Below are positions 8,971 to 19,272 of a stretch of DNA of 64,000 nucleotides, piece by piece. Source of the stretch: an uncultured Gemmatimonadales bacterium (GTDB taxonomy: Bacteria > Gemmatimonadota > Gemmatimonadetes > Gemmatimonadales > GWC2-71-9); assembly GCA_963730185.1 (NCBI GenBank), contig CAVSQW010000001.1:88279-152278 (forward strand). Direction: 5' to 3'. How positions within the stretch are numbered: position 1 is the stretch's first letter; each line of letters begins with the position of its first letter. Under the pieces are notes generated by a model. The model saw only the letters and a list, made by a program, of their open reading frames with translations. It had not been told where the DNA came from and ran no database searches. A program made the position numbers and the translations under genes.

Positions 8971-9786
8971 TCAGGGCGATGGGGACGGAGCGCCGGACCG
9001 GGTCATCCGGTCGACCAGCTCCTTCAGGAGCTTGGCCGCGACCAGCCCCGAGCGGGGGGAGCCGTCGCGGCGCGGATTGAGCTCCACCAGGTCCGCGCCG
9101 ACCACGGTCGCGTCGAGGCGCTGGATCACGGTGATGACGTCGCGGACGGAGAGTCCACCGGGCTCGGGGTGGCCGATTCCCTCGATGAACGCTGGATCGA
9201 GCACGTCGAGATCGAGCGAGATGTAGACCGGCGCGTCAAACTGGAGCGTCGGCGGGCCGGTCCAGTCTTTCGCCTCGTGAGTCTCCACCCCGAAACGAAG
9301 GGCCTGTTCCCGCTGGTGGCCGGTGAAGGTCCGGATCCCGACCTGCACCAGGCGGTCGGCCAGGCCTTCTTCGAGGATCCGGGCCATCGGGCAAGCGTGG
9401 GAATACCGGTCGCCGTCCAGCGTGTCGTAGAGGTCGGGGTGGGCGTCGAAATGGAGCACCGCGAGCCGCGGGTAGTGAGGGCGGAACGCGCGGAGGATCG
9501 GGTAGGTGATCGAGTGATCGCCCCCCAGGGTGAGCGGTCGCCGTCCGGCGGCCAGCAGGCCCCCGATCGCGGCTTCGATCGCCGCGCGCCCGTCGGCGCC
9601 GTCAGGCGGGGTCAGGTCGCCCGCATCGGCTAGCACGCCGGGGCTGGCGACATCGAGGCCCAGCTCGGTCCAGCTGTTGGACGAGCTCCGTCGAAGGGCC
9701 TCGCGGATCGCGGGCGGGCCCAGGGCGGCGCCACGCTCGTACGACGAGGCGCCGTCGTAGCAGATCCCGAGGAGGGTCACGGTCAT
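8971..9786 (-). CDS. speB: Agmatinase / ureohydrolase family
   Basis: GGDHSIT, FDAHPD and SLDLDVLDP Mn-binding motifs. Confidence 0.85.
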   Translation of the reverse strand: MTVTLLGICYDGASSYERGAALGPPAIREALRRSSSNSWTELGLDVASPGVLADAGDLTPPDGADGRAAIEAAIGGLLAAGRRPLTLGGDHSITYPILRAFRPHYPRLAVLHFDAHPDLYDTLDGDRYSHACPMARILEEGLADRLVQVGIRTFTGHQREQALRFGVETHEAKDWTGPPTLQFDAPVYISLDLDVLDPAFIEGIGHPEPGGLSVRDVITVIQRLDATVVGADLVELNPRRDGSPRSGLVAAKLLKELVDRMTRSGAPSPSP

Positions 9787-9876
9787 GTGGTCTTGCCGGC
9801 CCGCTGGGCTTGAGGATTCCGGATTCTCGACGGTCTGCTATGATAGGCGGTCAGGACAGTCAGGCAAGGAGAGACG

Positions 9877-10376
9877 ATGGCGAGACGATGGACCGCGGTG
9901 ATGGTGGGGGCGCTCACTCTCGGGGTCGTGCCCGGCGCGCAGGCCCAGGTTCGGAGCCTCTACGAGCGGTTGGGGCGACGGTCCGGGATCGAGGTCGTGG
10001 TCCGGGACTTCACCGACCGGGCCCTCGCCGACGACCGGATTAACGCGAAGTTCGCCCGGAGCGACATGGGTCACTTCTTCGGGGTGCTGGTGCAGCAGCT
10101 GTGCGCCGCGACGGGTGGCCCGTGCAAATACACCGGCCGGGACATGAAGGATGCGCACGAAGGCATGGCGGTGACCGACGGCGAGTTCGACGCTATGCTC
10201 GAGGACTTTGGCGCGAGCATGGATCAGTTCCAGGTAGGCCCCGCCGAGCGGCAGGAGATGATGCAGCTGCTCGGCGCGATGCGGTCGGACGTGGTGGAGG
10301 TGAAGACCGGCGACACCGGGACACCGCTCCCAGCCGGGTTCAAGCCCTGGACGCCGCCTCCCCCCCCCCGAAATGA
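9877..10376 (+). CDS. Group I truncated hemoglobin with signal peptide (true stop probably 10376; C-run indel)
   Basis: SLYERLG, DDRINAKF, LCAATGGPCKYTGRDMKDAH; as assembled it reads to 10557 into the convergent gene, and correcting the C10 run gives PPPK*. Confidence 0.85.
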
Positions 10377-10385
10377 GTGCCGCCC

Positions 10386-11117
10386 TCAGGAGCCCTTGGG
10401 AACCCACCCCGGCCGGTGCCAGGGCGGGACCGCGAACAGCGCGTCGTCGATGCCGGGAGGGTCCGCTCGCATGTCGCGGTACACTTCACGCATCACTTCC
10501 TTGCCGCCCCGGATGAACACCACCTCCGGGGACACCCAACCGCCGCCCAGCCGCTGATACTTGTTGAAGCGGATGTCGCTCGACGGGCCGCCGGCGGGCG
10601 GGGTCTCGATCACCCGGACGAACAACAGCCGGTCGCGGTCGATCCAGAACTCGTTGCCGTCACCGCCCACCACCCAGGCCGGTCGACCCTCCCAGCTCTC
10701 GGTCCGAAGCCGGGAAAGATCCATGTGCTGCGCCTGGAGGATCTCGATGGTTCGCTCCGGCGGTTGACCGTACACGTCGAAGCCTAGGACGAGCAGGATG
10801 TTGGTGCCCGGCCCGGCCGACGTCACCTTGCCCTTCTCGAATCGAAACACCGAGTCGGCGCGATAGACGAACGTCGTGCCGCTATCGACCGGGCTCACGT
10901 CGATCCGGAGCTGGCCCGGGATCTTCATCGCCTCCCACCACTCGGTCTGGGGAGAGCCCGGCCGGACCACCTTCTGCACGAACGACAGGGTGTGATACCA
11001 GGTGTCGGCGTACTTCGCGTGCATCGCCCGCACGAGATCCTCGCCATTCCGAATCGAATCGGCGTGGTGGGGCGCGGGCCCGAAGGCGGTCAGCAGGGCG
11101 AGGGGCAGGGCGAGCAT
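10386..11117 (-). CDS. Secreted hypothetical protein, possibly LolA-like fold
   Basis: Signal peptide; beta-rich; FWIDRDRLLFVR and IRFNKYQRLGGGW segments. Confidence 0.65.
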   Translation of the reverse strand: MLALPLALLTAFGPAPHHADSIRNGEDLVRAMHAKYADTWYHTLSFVQKVVRPGSPQTEWWEAMKIPGQLRIDVSPVDSGTTFVYRADSVFRFEKGKVTSAGPGTNILLVLGFDVYGQPPERTIEILQAQHMDLSRLRTESWEGRPAWVVGGDGNEFWIDRDRLLFVRVIETPPAGGPSSDIRFNKYQRLGGGWVSPEVVFIRGGKEVMREVYRDMRADPPGIDDALFAVPPWHRPGWVPKGS

Positions 11118-11190
11118 CGGTCATCCGGGCTGGGTGGACTGGGAATGTATCCGCGCTAGCTTTCCAGTCGAGCCCCGTTTCGGGAGTGAC

Positions 11191-11565
11191 ATGCCCCCAC
11201 CATCCGACCGTTCCCGCGCCATCGCCCTCGTCTTGGGCCTCGTCCTCGGCGTCTTTGGCGCCCACCGCTTCTACGTCGGCAAGACCGGCACCGGGCTCCT
11301 GATGCTGCTCACCGGCGGCGGGCTTGGGATCTGGTACCTGGTCGACATGATCATGATCGCATCGGGTGGATTCCGCGATGCCGAAGGGCGCCTGGTGAGC
11401 CGGTGGGATCCCGAACAGGCCGAGCTCGGCGCCGGGGCGCTCCCGCAGGAGCTCGTGGAGGAGCTCTACCAACTCCGCTCCGAGGTGAACGAGCTTCAGG
11501 AGCGGGTTGACTTCACCGAGCGGCTCCTCGCCCGGCGGACCGACTCCGGCGAAACCGAAAGCTGA
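11191..11565 (+). CDS. TM2-domain membrane protein with C-terminal coiled coil
   Basis: LGVFGAHRFYVGKTGTG...GIWYLVD TM2 signature. Confidence 0.88.
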   Translation: MPPPSDRSRAIALVLGLVLGVFGAHRFYVGKTGTGLLMLLTGGGLGIWYLVDMIMIASGGFRDAEGRLVSRWDPEQAELGAGALPQELVEELYQLRSEVNELQERVDFTERLLARRTDSGETES

Positions 11566-11574
11566 TCTTCCCGG

Positions 11575-12366
11575 TCAATCGAGCTGGATCGTGTCGCCGA
11601 CGTGGAGGGTTCCCGGCTGTCGGTGGACGACGTTCATCCCAAACATCACGGCCGACCCCCGCTTTCTGAAGGTGGCGAGCGTGGAAAGTGGCTCTTTTCC
11701 GCGGTCCGAAGTGGCCTGGTCGACGGTCGGCACCGTGCATCGGGCACACGGCTTCACGGCCTCGAGCCGCACTCCGCCGATCCGAAATCGGCGCCACCCG
11801 TCTTCGGCGAACGGCTCGGCACCCCGGACGACGAGGTTGGGTCGAAACCGATCCATCGGGACCGGCTGAGCCAGGCGGCGGTTGAGGTCCTCGAGCGAGG
11901 CTTCGCCGATCAGAAGCATCGGATAGCCATCCGGGAAGGCGACGCTCGACCTGGCAGGGTCGTAGTCGGGGTCGGTGCGGCGGGCGGCGGTTTCGGGCAG
12001 GTGGACCAGGCGGCAGTCTCGATCCAGCCAGGCCGAGCACCAGCGGGCGGCCGCGTCGCCGCAGTCGAAGGCGCCGACGCGATCATCCCAGATCCGCACC
12101 ATCCTGCGAGAACCGGTCGGGGCGATGGGGGGTACGTCGCAGGGCGGGCGGTCCGGGCCCTCCAGCCGAAGCCCGCCCTGGTGCGGGCTCGCGGAGATGA
12201 GGCAGAGTCGAGGGGCCTCCCGCTGGGTCAGAAAGGTGCCGTCGGGCTCGACCACCATCCACCGCCGGTCGAGTTGCGGTCCGAACCGGTCGAGCTCGAC
12301 GGCGTCCCTCGCGATGCCTCGGGCTCCCTTGAGCGGGTAGACGACGAGCGCGCTGACCACGATCAT
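11575..12366 (-). CDS. MOSC domain protein (YcbX/mARC-like)
   Basis: YPLKG, DRRWM, FPDGYP, RFRPNLVV and KPCARC motifs; GGAGGAG RBS. Confidence 0.93.
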   Translation of the reverse strand: MIVVSALVVYPLKGARGIARDAVELDRFGPQLDRRWMVVEPDGTFLTQREAPRLCLISASPHQGGLRLEGPDRPPCDVPPIAPTGSRRMVRIWDDRVGAFDCGDAAARWCSAWLDRDCRLVHLPETAARRTDPDYDPARSSVAFPDGYPMLLIGEASLEDLNRRLAQPVPMDRFRPNLVVRGAEPFAEDGWRRFRIGGVRLEAVKPCARCTVPTVDQATSDRGKEPLSTLATFRKRGSAVMFGMNVVHRQPGTLHVGDTIQLD

Positions 12367-12497
12367 TGAGGCGGTTCTCCTCCGACGTCGAAACCGGCGC
12401 CGAGCCGGGGCCGTCCGGCGGGCGGGGGGGACGACCACCTCAAGGGTAGTCGATCCCGCGGGTCGACCCAATTTCACCGACTCACGAAGAGGTTTCC

Positions 12498-12968
12498 ATG
12501 CGAGCGTGGACGATTCCCTGCCTGGCGGCTCTCCTGGCGGCGACCACCGCGCCAGGGCTCCAGGCCCAGAGCGACAAGGAAGCGGCTCTGGCCGTGGTGA
12601 AACAGGTCTTCGACGGCATGCGGGCTCGGGACACGGTCCTGATGCGCTCTCTCTTCGCGCCGGGTGGCCGGCTGATCGCGATCGGGAGCCGCGACGGCAG
12701 CCCGCCGACGATGCAGGCGCTGGATCCTGGGGTGTGGTTGGCCGGGGTGGCCCGCGGGACCGGTCCGGGCCCCGACGAGCGGACCTTCGACCCGATCATC
12801 CAGATCGACGACAACATCGCCCAGGTGTGGACCTACTACGAGCTCTGGGTGGGTAGCCGCCTCAACCACTGTGGCTATGACGCGTTCTTCCTGGTCAAGC
12901 TCGGCAACGAGTGGAAGATCGGCCAGGTGGCCGATACCCGACGGACCGCCTGTACGCCCCGGTCCTGA
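12498..12968 (+). CDS. Secreted NTF2/SnoaL-like protein
   Basis: Signal peptide; IQIDDNIAQVWTYYE...HCGYDAFFLVK...WKI. Confidence 0.8.
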   Translation: MRAWTIPCLAALLAATTAPGLQAQSDKEAALAVVKQVFDGMRARDTVLMRSLFAPGGRLIAIGSRDGSPPTMQALDPGVWLAGVARGTGPGPDERTFDPIIQIDDNIAQVWTYYELWVGSRLNHCGYDAFFLVKLGNEWKIGQVADTRRTACTPRS

Positions 12969-12987
12969 CCCGGCCGGCGCCGGGGGG

Positions 12988-13701
12988 TCACGGCTCTCCG
13001 GCGCCCACCATCCGGTCCAGGATCATGATCTTCTGCCAGATCTTGCGGGAGAGGTCGGTGGTGAGCGACTCCACGTCGTTCACCGTCGCGATGGTCACCG
13101 GGTCGTCGAAATCCTGGATGTAAAGCGCGGCCGCCTTGCTCAGGAGCGACAGCATCTCGCTGGAATAGTCGAGGTAGCGGGAGAGCTCGAAGGGCGAGAG
13201 CTGCCGGGTCGGTGACGATGGTGTGTCGAGGGATGGATTGGGCCGGGTCAGGCGCTCCGGATCCTTGGTGAGCTGGTGCATGTCGATGATGTGCGCCATG
13301 GCCCGGAGGTCGTGCATGGCCACCAGGGCCCGCCGCCGCTTGCGCCGCACTTCCAACGAGAGCAGGAAGTAGATCCCGATTCCCAGGAACACGAGATCCT
13401 GGATCGCCGACTCGCTGGCCTGGAGCCATTCGGTCAGCGAAGCCTCGGCGGGCCGGGGCACGACCGTGACCAGGGCGCCGATCACCACCACGAGCAGCAG
13501 GACGATCAACCCGACGATCGCCACCCGGACGGCGCGGTGCGGCCGCCGGAACCACTCCGCGTCCCGGGCGGCCTGCTCGGTCAGCCCCACCAGCTCGCGC
13601 GCCACCCGGTTCAGTCCCGATTCGGGAAAGCGCTCCCCGATCCGCCGGGTCAGTTGTTCGGCGGTCGCGACGATCCGGGCGGCGTCGAGGCGGCGATACA
13701 T
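12988..13701 (-). CDS. Conserved hypothetical two-TM membrane protein
   Basis: Two hydrophobic segments; protein-like HIIDMHQLTKDP and RKIWQKIMI motifs; TAGATT 6 nt before ATG. Confidence 0.75.
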   Translation of the reverse strand: MYRRLDAARIVATAEQLTRRIGERFPESGLNRVARELVGLTEQAARDAEWFRRPHRAVRVAIVGLIVLLLVVVIGALVTVVPRPAEASLTEWLQASESAIQDLVFLGIGIYFLLSLEVRRKRRRALVAMHDLRAMAHIIDMHQLTKDPERLTRPNPSLDTPSSPTRQLSPFELSRYLDYSSEMLSLLSKAAALYIQDFDDPVTIATVNDVESLTTDLSRKIWQKIMILDRMVGAGEP

Positions 13702-13787
13702 GGCACCAATCTAGCCGCCGACTCGCTCGGCGCGCTTCCAGGCCTGCCGAACGGCCGCGAGGACGAGTCCCATCTGGAGCCGCTGCC

Positions 13788-14501
13788 TCACGGAACGACC
13801 ACGATCACCCCATACATCCCGCTCCGCGCGTCGCCATGCACGCTGCAGTGGTAGAAATACTGTCCGGGGGTCGTGAACTGGACCTCGAACGAGAAGGGGC
13901 CGTTCCGCACTACCGCCTGCTCGGGGATGGTCCGCCCGTCGTCGGGGATCACGTTGTGCTGCTGGGCGCCGTTCGGATAGTCGAAGGTCACGGTGCCGCC
14001 CGCCTTGAGGGCGACGGCCTGCGGTGTGAACCGGTTGCTCGGCGGTCCTTCGATCGAGACGGTTGCGTTGTCCTGGGCCACCAGCGCGGTGAACGTAATG
14101 GGGCTGTTGGTCGCGCTGGCCGACGCCGTGATGGTGATCTGAGCGCCGCTCTGGGGCAGGATGACAGTGGTGCTGGCGACCCCGTTGGCGTCGGTCGTGG
14201 CGGCCGACGGGCTGACTTGACCGCCGCCGCTGGTTATCTCCCAGCTGACGGCCTTGCCGGAAATCGGTGTCGCCCCATTGGTCACGACGACCCGGAGCGG
14301 GTCGGCCAACGGCTGCCCCGGCTGGGCGCCCTGGAGGTCACCGCTCGGCGCCGCGGCCGCGATGGCGTCGGTCGGAGGATTCCCGCCACCCCCGGTCTCC
14401 CCGGTGGCGGAGCCGCCCCCGCAGCCAAAGGTGACCATGATCGCCAGCCCGATCAGCAGGCGCCCGGGTGTTGCCAAACGGGTCGATCCTTGGTAGCTCA
14501 T
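13788..14501 (-). CDS. Lipoprotein with Ig-like domain and C-terminal cupredoxin
   Basis: Lipobox-like TFGC; Ig-like ATTDANGVAS; type-1 Cu ligands HNV...YHCSVH-x5-M; GGAGG RBS. Confidence 0.82.
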   Translation of the reverse strand: MSYQGSTRLATPGRLLIGLAIMVTFGCGGGSATGETGGGGNPPTDAIAAAAPSGDLQGAQPGQPLADPLRVVVTNGATPISGKAVSWEITSGGGQVSPSAATTDANGVASTTVILPQSGAQITITASASATNSPITFTALVAQDNATVSIEGPPSNRFTPQAVALKAGGTVTFDYPNGAQQHNVIPDDGRTIPEQAVVRNGPFSFEVQFTTPGQYFYHCSVHGDARSGMYGVIVVVP

Positions 14502-14697
14502 ACGGCCTCCCGGCACGGTCCGAACGGGTGGATCGGTCCTGTCATGGGGTCTGGTCAACGGACGTAACCATCGCCATGGCAAAGGCTTATATTCTGGTTC
14601 GCGGGCGGTGGCGCGGGTCGCCCCTGCCGCGCTGCCTGCGAAAAAGGAGCCGGGCCCGGTGTTCACGGAAACCTCACCTACTCGAGTAGCCTGACCC

Positions 14698-15762
14698 ATG
14701 GAACGCGACTCCACCGATTTCCTGAAAGCCTTGCTCGACGCACCGGGACCGTCCGGTTTCGAGACCGGCCCCGCTCGGGTCTGGCTCGAGCAGGCTGGGC
14801 GCTTCGCCGATCGGGTCTCGAGCGACGTGAGCGGGAACTCGTTTGCGACGTTGGACGGCAAGGGGCCGGCCTTGATGTTTGCCGGCCACATCGACGAGAT
14901 CGGGTTGATGGTGATCCACGTGGACGAGGAGGGATTCCTCTGGTTCGACGGGATCGGTGGGTGGGACGAGCAGGTGTTCGTGGGCCAGCGGGTGGTCGTG
15001 CTCGGGCGGGACGGTCCGGTTCGGGGGGTGATCGGCAAGAAGGCGATCCACCTGATGGAGAAGGAGGATCGCGACAAGCCGACGAAGGTCAAGGATCTCT
15101 GGATCGACATTGGAGCGCGATCGCGGGCCGAGGCGTTGGAGCGGGTTCGGGTCGGGGACGCCGGGGTGCTCGACACCTCGATCCTGGAGCTTCCGAACGG
15201 CTGTATCGTGAGCCGAAGCGTGGACAACCGGATCGGCGCCTTCGTGGTGCTCGAGGCGCTCCGGCGGTTGGCCAAGCAACGAGCGACGGTCCCGGTGACG
15301 GCGGTGGCCACCGCCCAGGAGGAGATCGCGTACGCGGGAGGCGGAGCCCGTACGTCGGCCATCGGCCTGGCGCCCGCGGTGGCCCTGGTCGTCGACGTCA
15401 CCCACGCGAGCGACACCCCAGGTCACGACAAGAAACGCCACGGCGACGTCAAGCTCGGCGCCGGTCCGGTGCTGAGTCGCGGGTCCGCGACCAACGCCCG
15501 GGTGGTGGAGCTCCTGATCGAGACGGCCGAGGCCGAGGGGATTCCGGTCACCCTGCATGCGGCGCCCCGATTGACCGCCACCGACGCCGACGCGATCTTC
15601 GCGTCGACTCGGGGGATCGCCACCGGTCTGGTTTCGGTGCCCAACCGGTACATGCACAGCCCGAACGAGATGGTGGCCCTCGACGACCTCGACCGTACCG
15701 CCGAGCTCCTGGCGGCGTTCGCGCGTCGGGTGGACGAACGGACCGACTTCATTCCTCGGTGA
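14698..15762 (+). CDS. M42 family aminopeptidase
   Basis: GPSGFE, GHIDEIG, DNRIG, QEEI, DVTH and YMHSPNE motifs. Confidence 0.95.
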   Translation: MERDSTDFLKALLDAPGPSGFETGPARVWLEQAGRFADRVSSDVSGNSFATLDGKGPALMFAGHIDEIGLMVIHVDEEGFLWFDGIGGWDEQVFVGQRVVVLGRDGPVRGVIGKKAIHLMEKEDRDKPTKVKDLWIDIGARSRAEALERVRVGDAGVLDTSILELPNGCIVSRSVDNRIGAFVVLEALRRLAKQRATVPVTAVATAQEEIAYAGGGARTSAIGLAPAVALVVDVTHASDTPGHDKKRHGDVKLGAGPVLSRGSATNARVVELLIETAEAEGIPVTLHAAPRLTATDADAIFASTRGIATGLVSVPNRYMHSPNEMVALDDLDRTAELLAAFARRVDERTDFIPR

Positions 15763-17057
15763 CGAGCGTATCCATGGGAACGTGGTCGGGTCGGCTCGGC
15801 GGGTGCTGCCTGGCCCTGGTCGTGGCCGGAACGGCGGCGGCCCAATCCAGCGCCGGCGCGGCCGGCGCCATCCGGCATGACCTGAGCGTGCTGGCGGCGG
15901 ACTCGATGGCCGGCCGGTGGACCGGCAGTCACGAAGCCGACGAAGTGGCCGCCTATCTGGTGCATCGGTTCGCCGCGGTGGGTGCCCGGCCGGGGGTGCC
16001 GGGTTGGCTGCAGCGATTCGACATCGCGGCGGGGGCGCCCGCGCTTCGGAGCGTGGCCGACTCCGCGCGGCCCGACCATGGGGTGAACGTGGTGGCCACG
16101 ATCCCCGGGCGCGACCCCGGCCTCCGCGACGAGGTCGTCGTGGTCGGCGCGCACTACGACCACTTGGGGCGGTTCGGCCGGGGGATGGTGCTCGATCCGG
16201 ACCAGGTGGGCGCGGTCCACAACGGCGCCGACGACAACGCGTCCGGGGCCGTCGCCCTGGTCGAGATCGCCCGGCTGCTGGCGGCCGCGCCGCCGCGCCG
16301 ATCGGTGGTGCTGGTCGCGTTCGCGGGTGAGGAGCTCGGGCTCTTGGGATCGGCCGCGTACGTGGCCTCGCCGGCGGCGCCGATGGACCGGACCTACGCC
16401 ATGATCAACCTCGACATGGTGGGCCGTCTTCGGAACGACCATCTGCTGGTGTTCGGCTCGGAGACCGCGACCGAGTTCCCGGCCTTGCTCGATTCGCTCA
16501 ACCGGACCGCCAAGTTCGACCTGGCCGCCTCGGGCGACGGCTATGGCCGGAGCGACCAGCAGTCGTTCTACTTGGCCAAGAAGCCGGTGCTCCATCTCTT
16601 CACCGACCTTCACGGCGACTACCACCGTGCCACCGACGACTGGGACAAGATCAACGTACCCGGGCTGCTTCGGGTGGCTCGGTTCGGTGCCGATCTGACC
16701 CGGGCGTTGGGCGATCGGACGGCGCCGTTGACCTTCGTCGACAAGCCACCGCCTCCGCCGCCGGAGACCGCCGGCCGGGAATCCGGATATGGCGCCTACC
16801 TCGGCTCGATCCCCGACATGGCTTCGGCTGGGCCCGGCGTCCGCTTGAGCGGCGTCCGGAGCGGAAGCCCGGCCGATCGGGCGGGCCTTCGGGAGGGCGA
16901 CGTGCTGCTTCGGATCGGCATCGTCGAGGTGCCCGATCTCCAGGGCATGGTGGCGGCGCTCCGCGCCCACCGGGCGGGCGACACCGCCACGGTGGTGTTC
17001 CGGCGGGGGCAGGTGGTCGATTCGGTTCAGGTCGTCTTCGGCCGTCGGGGAAGCTGA
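15759..17057 (+). CDS. M28 family peptidase with C-terminal PDZ
   Basis: GAHYDHLG, GADDNASG, GEELGLLGS, NLDMVG, DYH; YLGSIPD PDZ; GTGA overlap (alternative ATG at 15774). Confidence 0.92.
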   Translation: MTSVSMGTWSGRLGGCCLALVVAGTAAAQSSAGAAGAIRHDLSVLAADSMAGRWTGSHEADEVAAYLVHRFAAVGARPGVPGWLQRFDIAAGAPALRSVADSARPDHGVNVVATIPGRDPGLRDEVVVVGAHYDHLGRFGRGMVLDPDQVGAVHNGADDNASGAVALVEIARLLAAAPPRRSVVLVAFAGEELGLLGSAAYVASPAAPMDRTYAMINLDMVGRLRNDHLLVFGSETATEFPALLDSLNRTAKFDLAASGDGYGRSDQQSFYLAKKPVLHLFTDLHGDYHRATDDWDKINVPGLLRVARFGADLTRALGDRTAPLTFVDKPPPPPPETAGRESGYGAYLGSIPDMASAGPGVRLSGVRSGSPADRAGLREGDVLLRIGIVEVPDLQGMVAALRAHRAGDTATVVFRRGQVVDSVQVVFGRRGS

Positions 17058-17061
17058 ACCG

Positions 17062-17517
17062 ATGCCCGTCCTCGACGGCGAGCGGATCGCGGCCGCGCTG
17101 CGCGGGGCGTTCGCCCGCGAGGCGAGCCGACTGGAAATGCTCCAGCTGGCGGCCGATCGGATCCGTTCGGCCGGGCCGCCGTACACCTCCGTCTACCTCT
17201 ACATGCTCCACGGCCAGGAGCTCGTGCTCGAAGCGTTCGCGGGCCGGGAGACTGACCACACCCGGATCCCGGTCGGCAAGGGCGTGTGCGGCACCGCGGT
17301 GGCCACCGGACGGGATCAGAACGTGGGCGACGTGCGCGCGATCGGGAACTACCTCGCATGCAACCTCGAGACCCGCTCCGAGCTGGTGGTGTTGATCCGG
17401 CGCGGCCCGCTGGTGCTCGGTCAGATCGACGTGGACAGCGACGTGCCCGATCCGTTCACGCCCGAGGAGGAGGCCGCGGTCCGGATGGTCTCGGACGCGC
17501 TCGCGGTGCTGCTCTGA
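17062..17517 (+). CDS. GAF-domain free methionine-(R)-sulfoxide reductase-like protein
   Basis: RIPVGKGVCG, YLAC, SELVV and IDVDS motifs typical of MsrC/YebR. Confidence 0.8.
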   Translation: MPVLDGERIAAALRGAFAREASRLEMLQLAADRIRSAGPPYTSVYLYMLHGQELVLEAFAGRETDHTRIPVGKGVCGTAVATGRDQNVGDVRAIGNYLACNLETRSELVVLIRRGPLVLGQIDVDSDVPDPFTPEEEAAVRMVSDALAVLL

Positions 17518-17531
17518 TTCCTCGTTGCCCG

Positions 17532-18434
17532 ATGCTCCGCGCCTGGACCTCAGCCCGCTGGTCGATACCCCTCCCCGAAGGCCACCGCTTCCCGATCGGC
17601 AAGTATCGGATGGTGCGGGACGGCGTGGTGGCGATGGGGGTCCTGGACCCGAGCGCGATCGAGGAGCCCGATCGGGTGTCGCTCGACGCCATCCACTTGG
17701 TGCACACGACGGGTTACGCAACCGCGATTCTCGACGGGACGTTGGCGCCGGCGGCGGCCCGGCGACTGGGCTTCCCGTGGCGTCCCGAGCTGGCGGAGCG
17801 GTCACGTCGCACCGTCCAAGGAACGGTCGAGGCGGCGCGGGATGCCCTCGACGGCGGGGCCGGACTCAATCTGGCCGGTGGGACCCATCACGCGTTTGCC
17901 GAGCGGGGCGAGGGCTACTGCGTCTTCAACGACGTCGCCATCGCGATTCGCCTGCTCGAGCGGGACGGCCGGATCCAGCGAGCCGTGGTCATCGACCTCG
18001 ACGTCCACCAGGGCAACGGCACCGCCCGGATCTTTTCCGCCGACCCCGACGTCTACACCTTTTCCATGCACGGGGCTCGGAACTATCCCTTCCGGAAGGA
18101 GCGGAGTCGGCTCGACGTGGAACTGGAGGACCGGACCGACGACGCTGCCTACCTCGGCGTGCTCGAGACCCATCTGGATCGGGTGCTCGACGAGTCCCGT
18201 CCCGACCTGGCCTTTTACATCGCGGGCGCCGACCCGTACCAGGCCGATCGTCTGGGCCGACTGGCGCTCAGCATCGAGGGACTCCGCGCCCGGGACCGCC
18301 GGGTGTTCGCCGCCTGCCGCCGGCGCGCGGTCCCGGTGGCGGTGGTGCTGGGCGGCGGGTACGCCGTGGACCTGGGCGATGTCGTGACCATCCATGCCAA
18401 CACCGTGCGCGAGCTCCGGGCCACCCATGGTTGA
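17532..18434 (+). CDS. Histone deacetylase family protein
   Basis: HRFP, GGTHHA, GYCVFND, DLDVHQGNG, GADP and GGGY motifs. Confidence 0.93.
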   Translation: MLRAWTSARWSIPLPEGHRFPIGKYRMVRDGVVAMGVLDPSAIEEPDRVSLDAIHLVHTTGYATAILDGTLAPAAARRLGFPWRPELAERSRRTVQGTVEAARDALDGGAGLNLAGGTHHAFAERGEGYCVFNDVAIAIRLLERDGRIQRAVVIDLDVHQGNGTARIFSADPDVYTFSMHGARNYPFRKERSRLDVELEDRTDDAAYLGVLETHLDRVLDESRPDLAFYIAGADPYQADRLGRLALSIEGLRARDRRVFAACRRRAVPVAVVLGGGYAVDLGDVVTIHANTVRELRATHG

Positions 18435-19272
18435 GGCCACCACGATCCGCCGGGTGCGGGGGGTCGACCTGTTCGAGCGCCGGGTCGGGAGCGGGCCGGA
18501 GACCGTGGTGCTCCATGGCGGGCCCGGGGCGCACCACGACTATCTCCGGCCCGGCTTCGATCGCCTGGCGGTCGGTCGGACGCTCGTCTACTACGACCAG
18601 CGGGGTGGCGGCCAATCGGCCGTGGATCGCGAGGTGCCGGTGGGGTGGCGGGAGCAGGTGGCCGATCTCGAGGCCCTCCGGATCCTCTGGGGCCGGGAGC
18701 GACTGGTCCTGGCCGGCTACTCGTGGGGCGGCTTGCTCGCCCTCCTCTACGCCGTGGAGCACCCCGACCGGATCGACCGGCTGGCGCTCGTGTCGCCGGC
18801 GCCGGCCTGGCGGTCCGCCCGGGAGCTCTTCGAGCGGCGGCTGGCGGAGCGGAATGCCGCACCCGAGATCCTGGCCGCCAAGCGGGCCGTCCAGGACGGG
18901 GGGCTCCGCGAGCGCGACGTCGCCGGCTACCGCCAGCGGATGTTCGAGTTCTCGGTCGCCGGCTACTTCCACGACTGGCATCAGGCCCGCAACCTGACGC
19001 CGTTCCGGATCACGGGCCGGACCCAGCAGGCGGTGTGGGAGAGCCTGGGCGACTTCGACCTTCGGCCTCGCCTTGGAGCGCTTCGGGTGCGGGCCCTGGT
19101 CGTGCACGGCGAGGACGATCCCATCCCGATCGACACGGCCGAGACGACGGCCGGCCTGCTCGGCGCGCCGTTGATCGCGATCCCGGCGTGCGGGCACGTC
19201 CCCTACGTCGAGCAGCCCGAGCATTTCGGGGCCGCGCTCGACCCCTTTCTCCCCAACGACGGCTCGGCATGA
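18427..19272 (+). CDS. Alpha/beta hydrolase (proline iminopeptidase-like)
   Basis: HGGPG, DQRGGG, GYSWGG, GEDD and GHVP motifs. Confidence 0.9.
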   Translation: MVEATTIRRVRGVDLFERRVGSGPETVVLHGGPGAHHDYLRPGFDRLAVGRTLVYYDQRGGGQSAVDREVPVGWREQVADLEALRILWGRERLVLAGYSWGGLLALLYAVEHPDRIDRLALVSPAPAWRSARELFERRLAERNAAPEILAAKRAVQDGGLRERDVAGYRQRMFEFSVAGYFHDWHQARNLTPFRITGRTQQAVWESLGDFDLRPRLGALRVRALVVHGEDDPIPIDTAETTAGLLGAPLIAIPACGHVPYVEQPEHFGAALDPFLPNDGSA

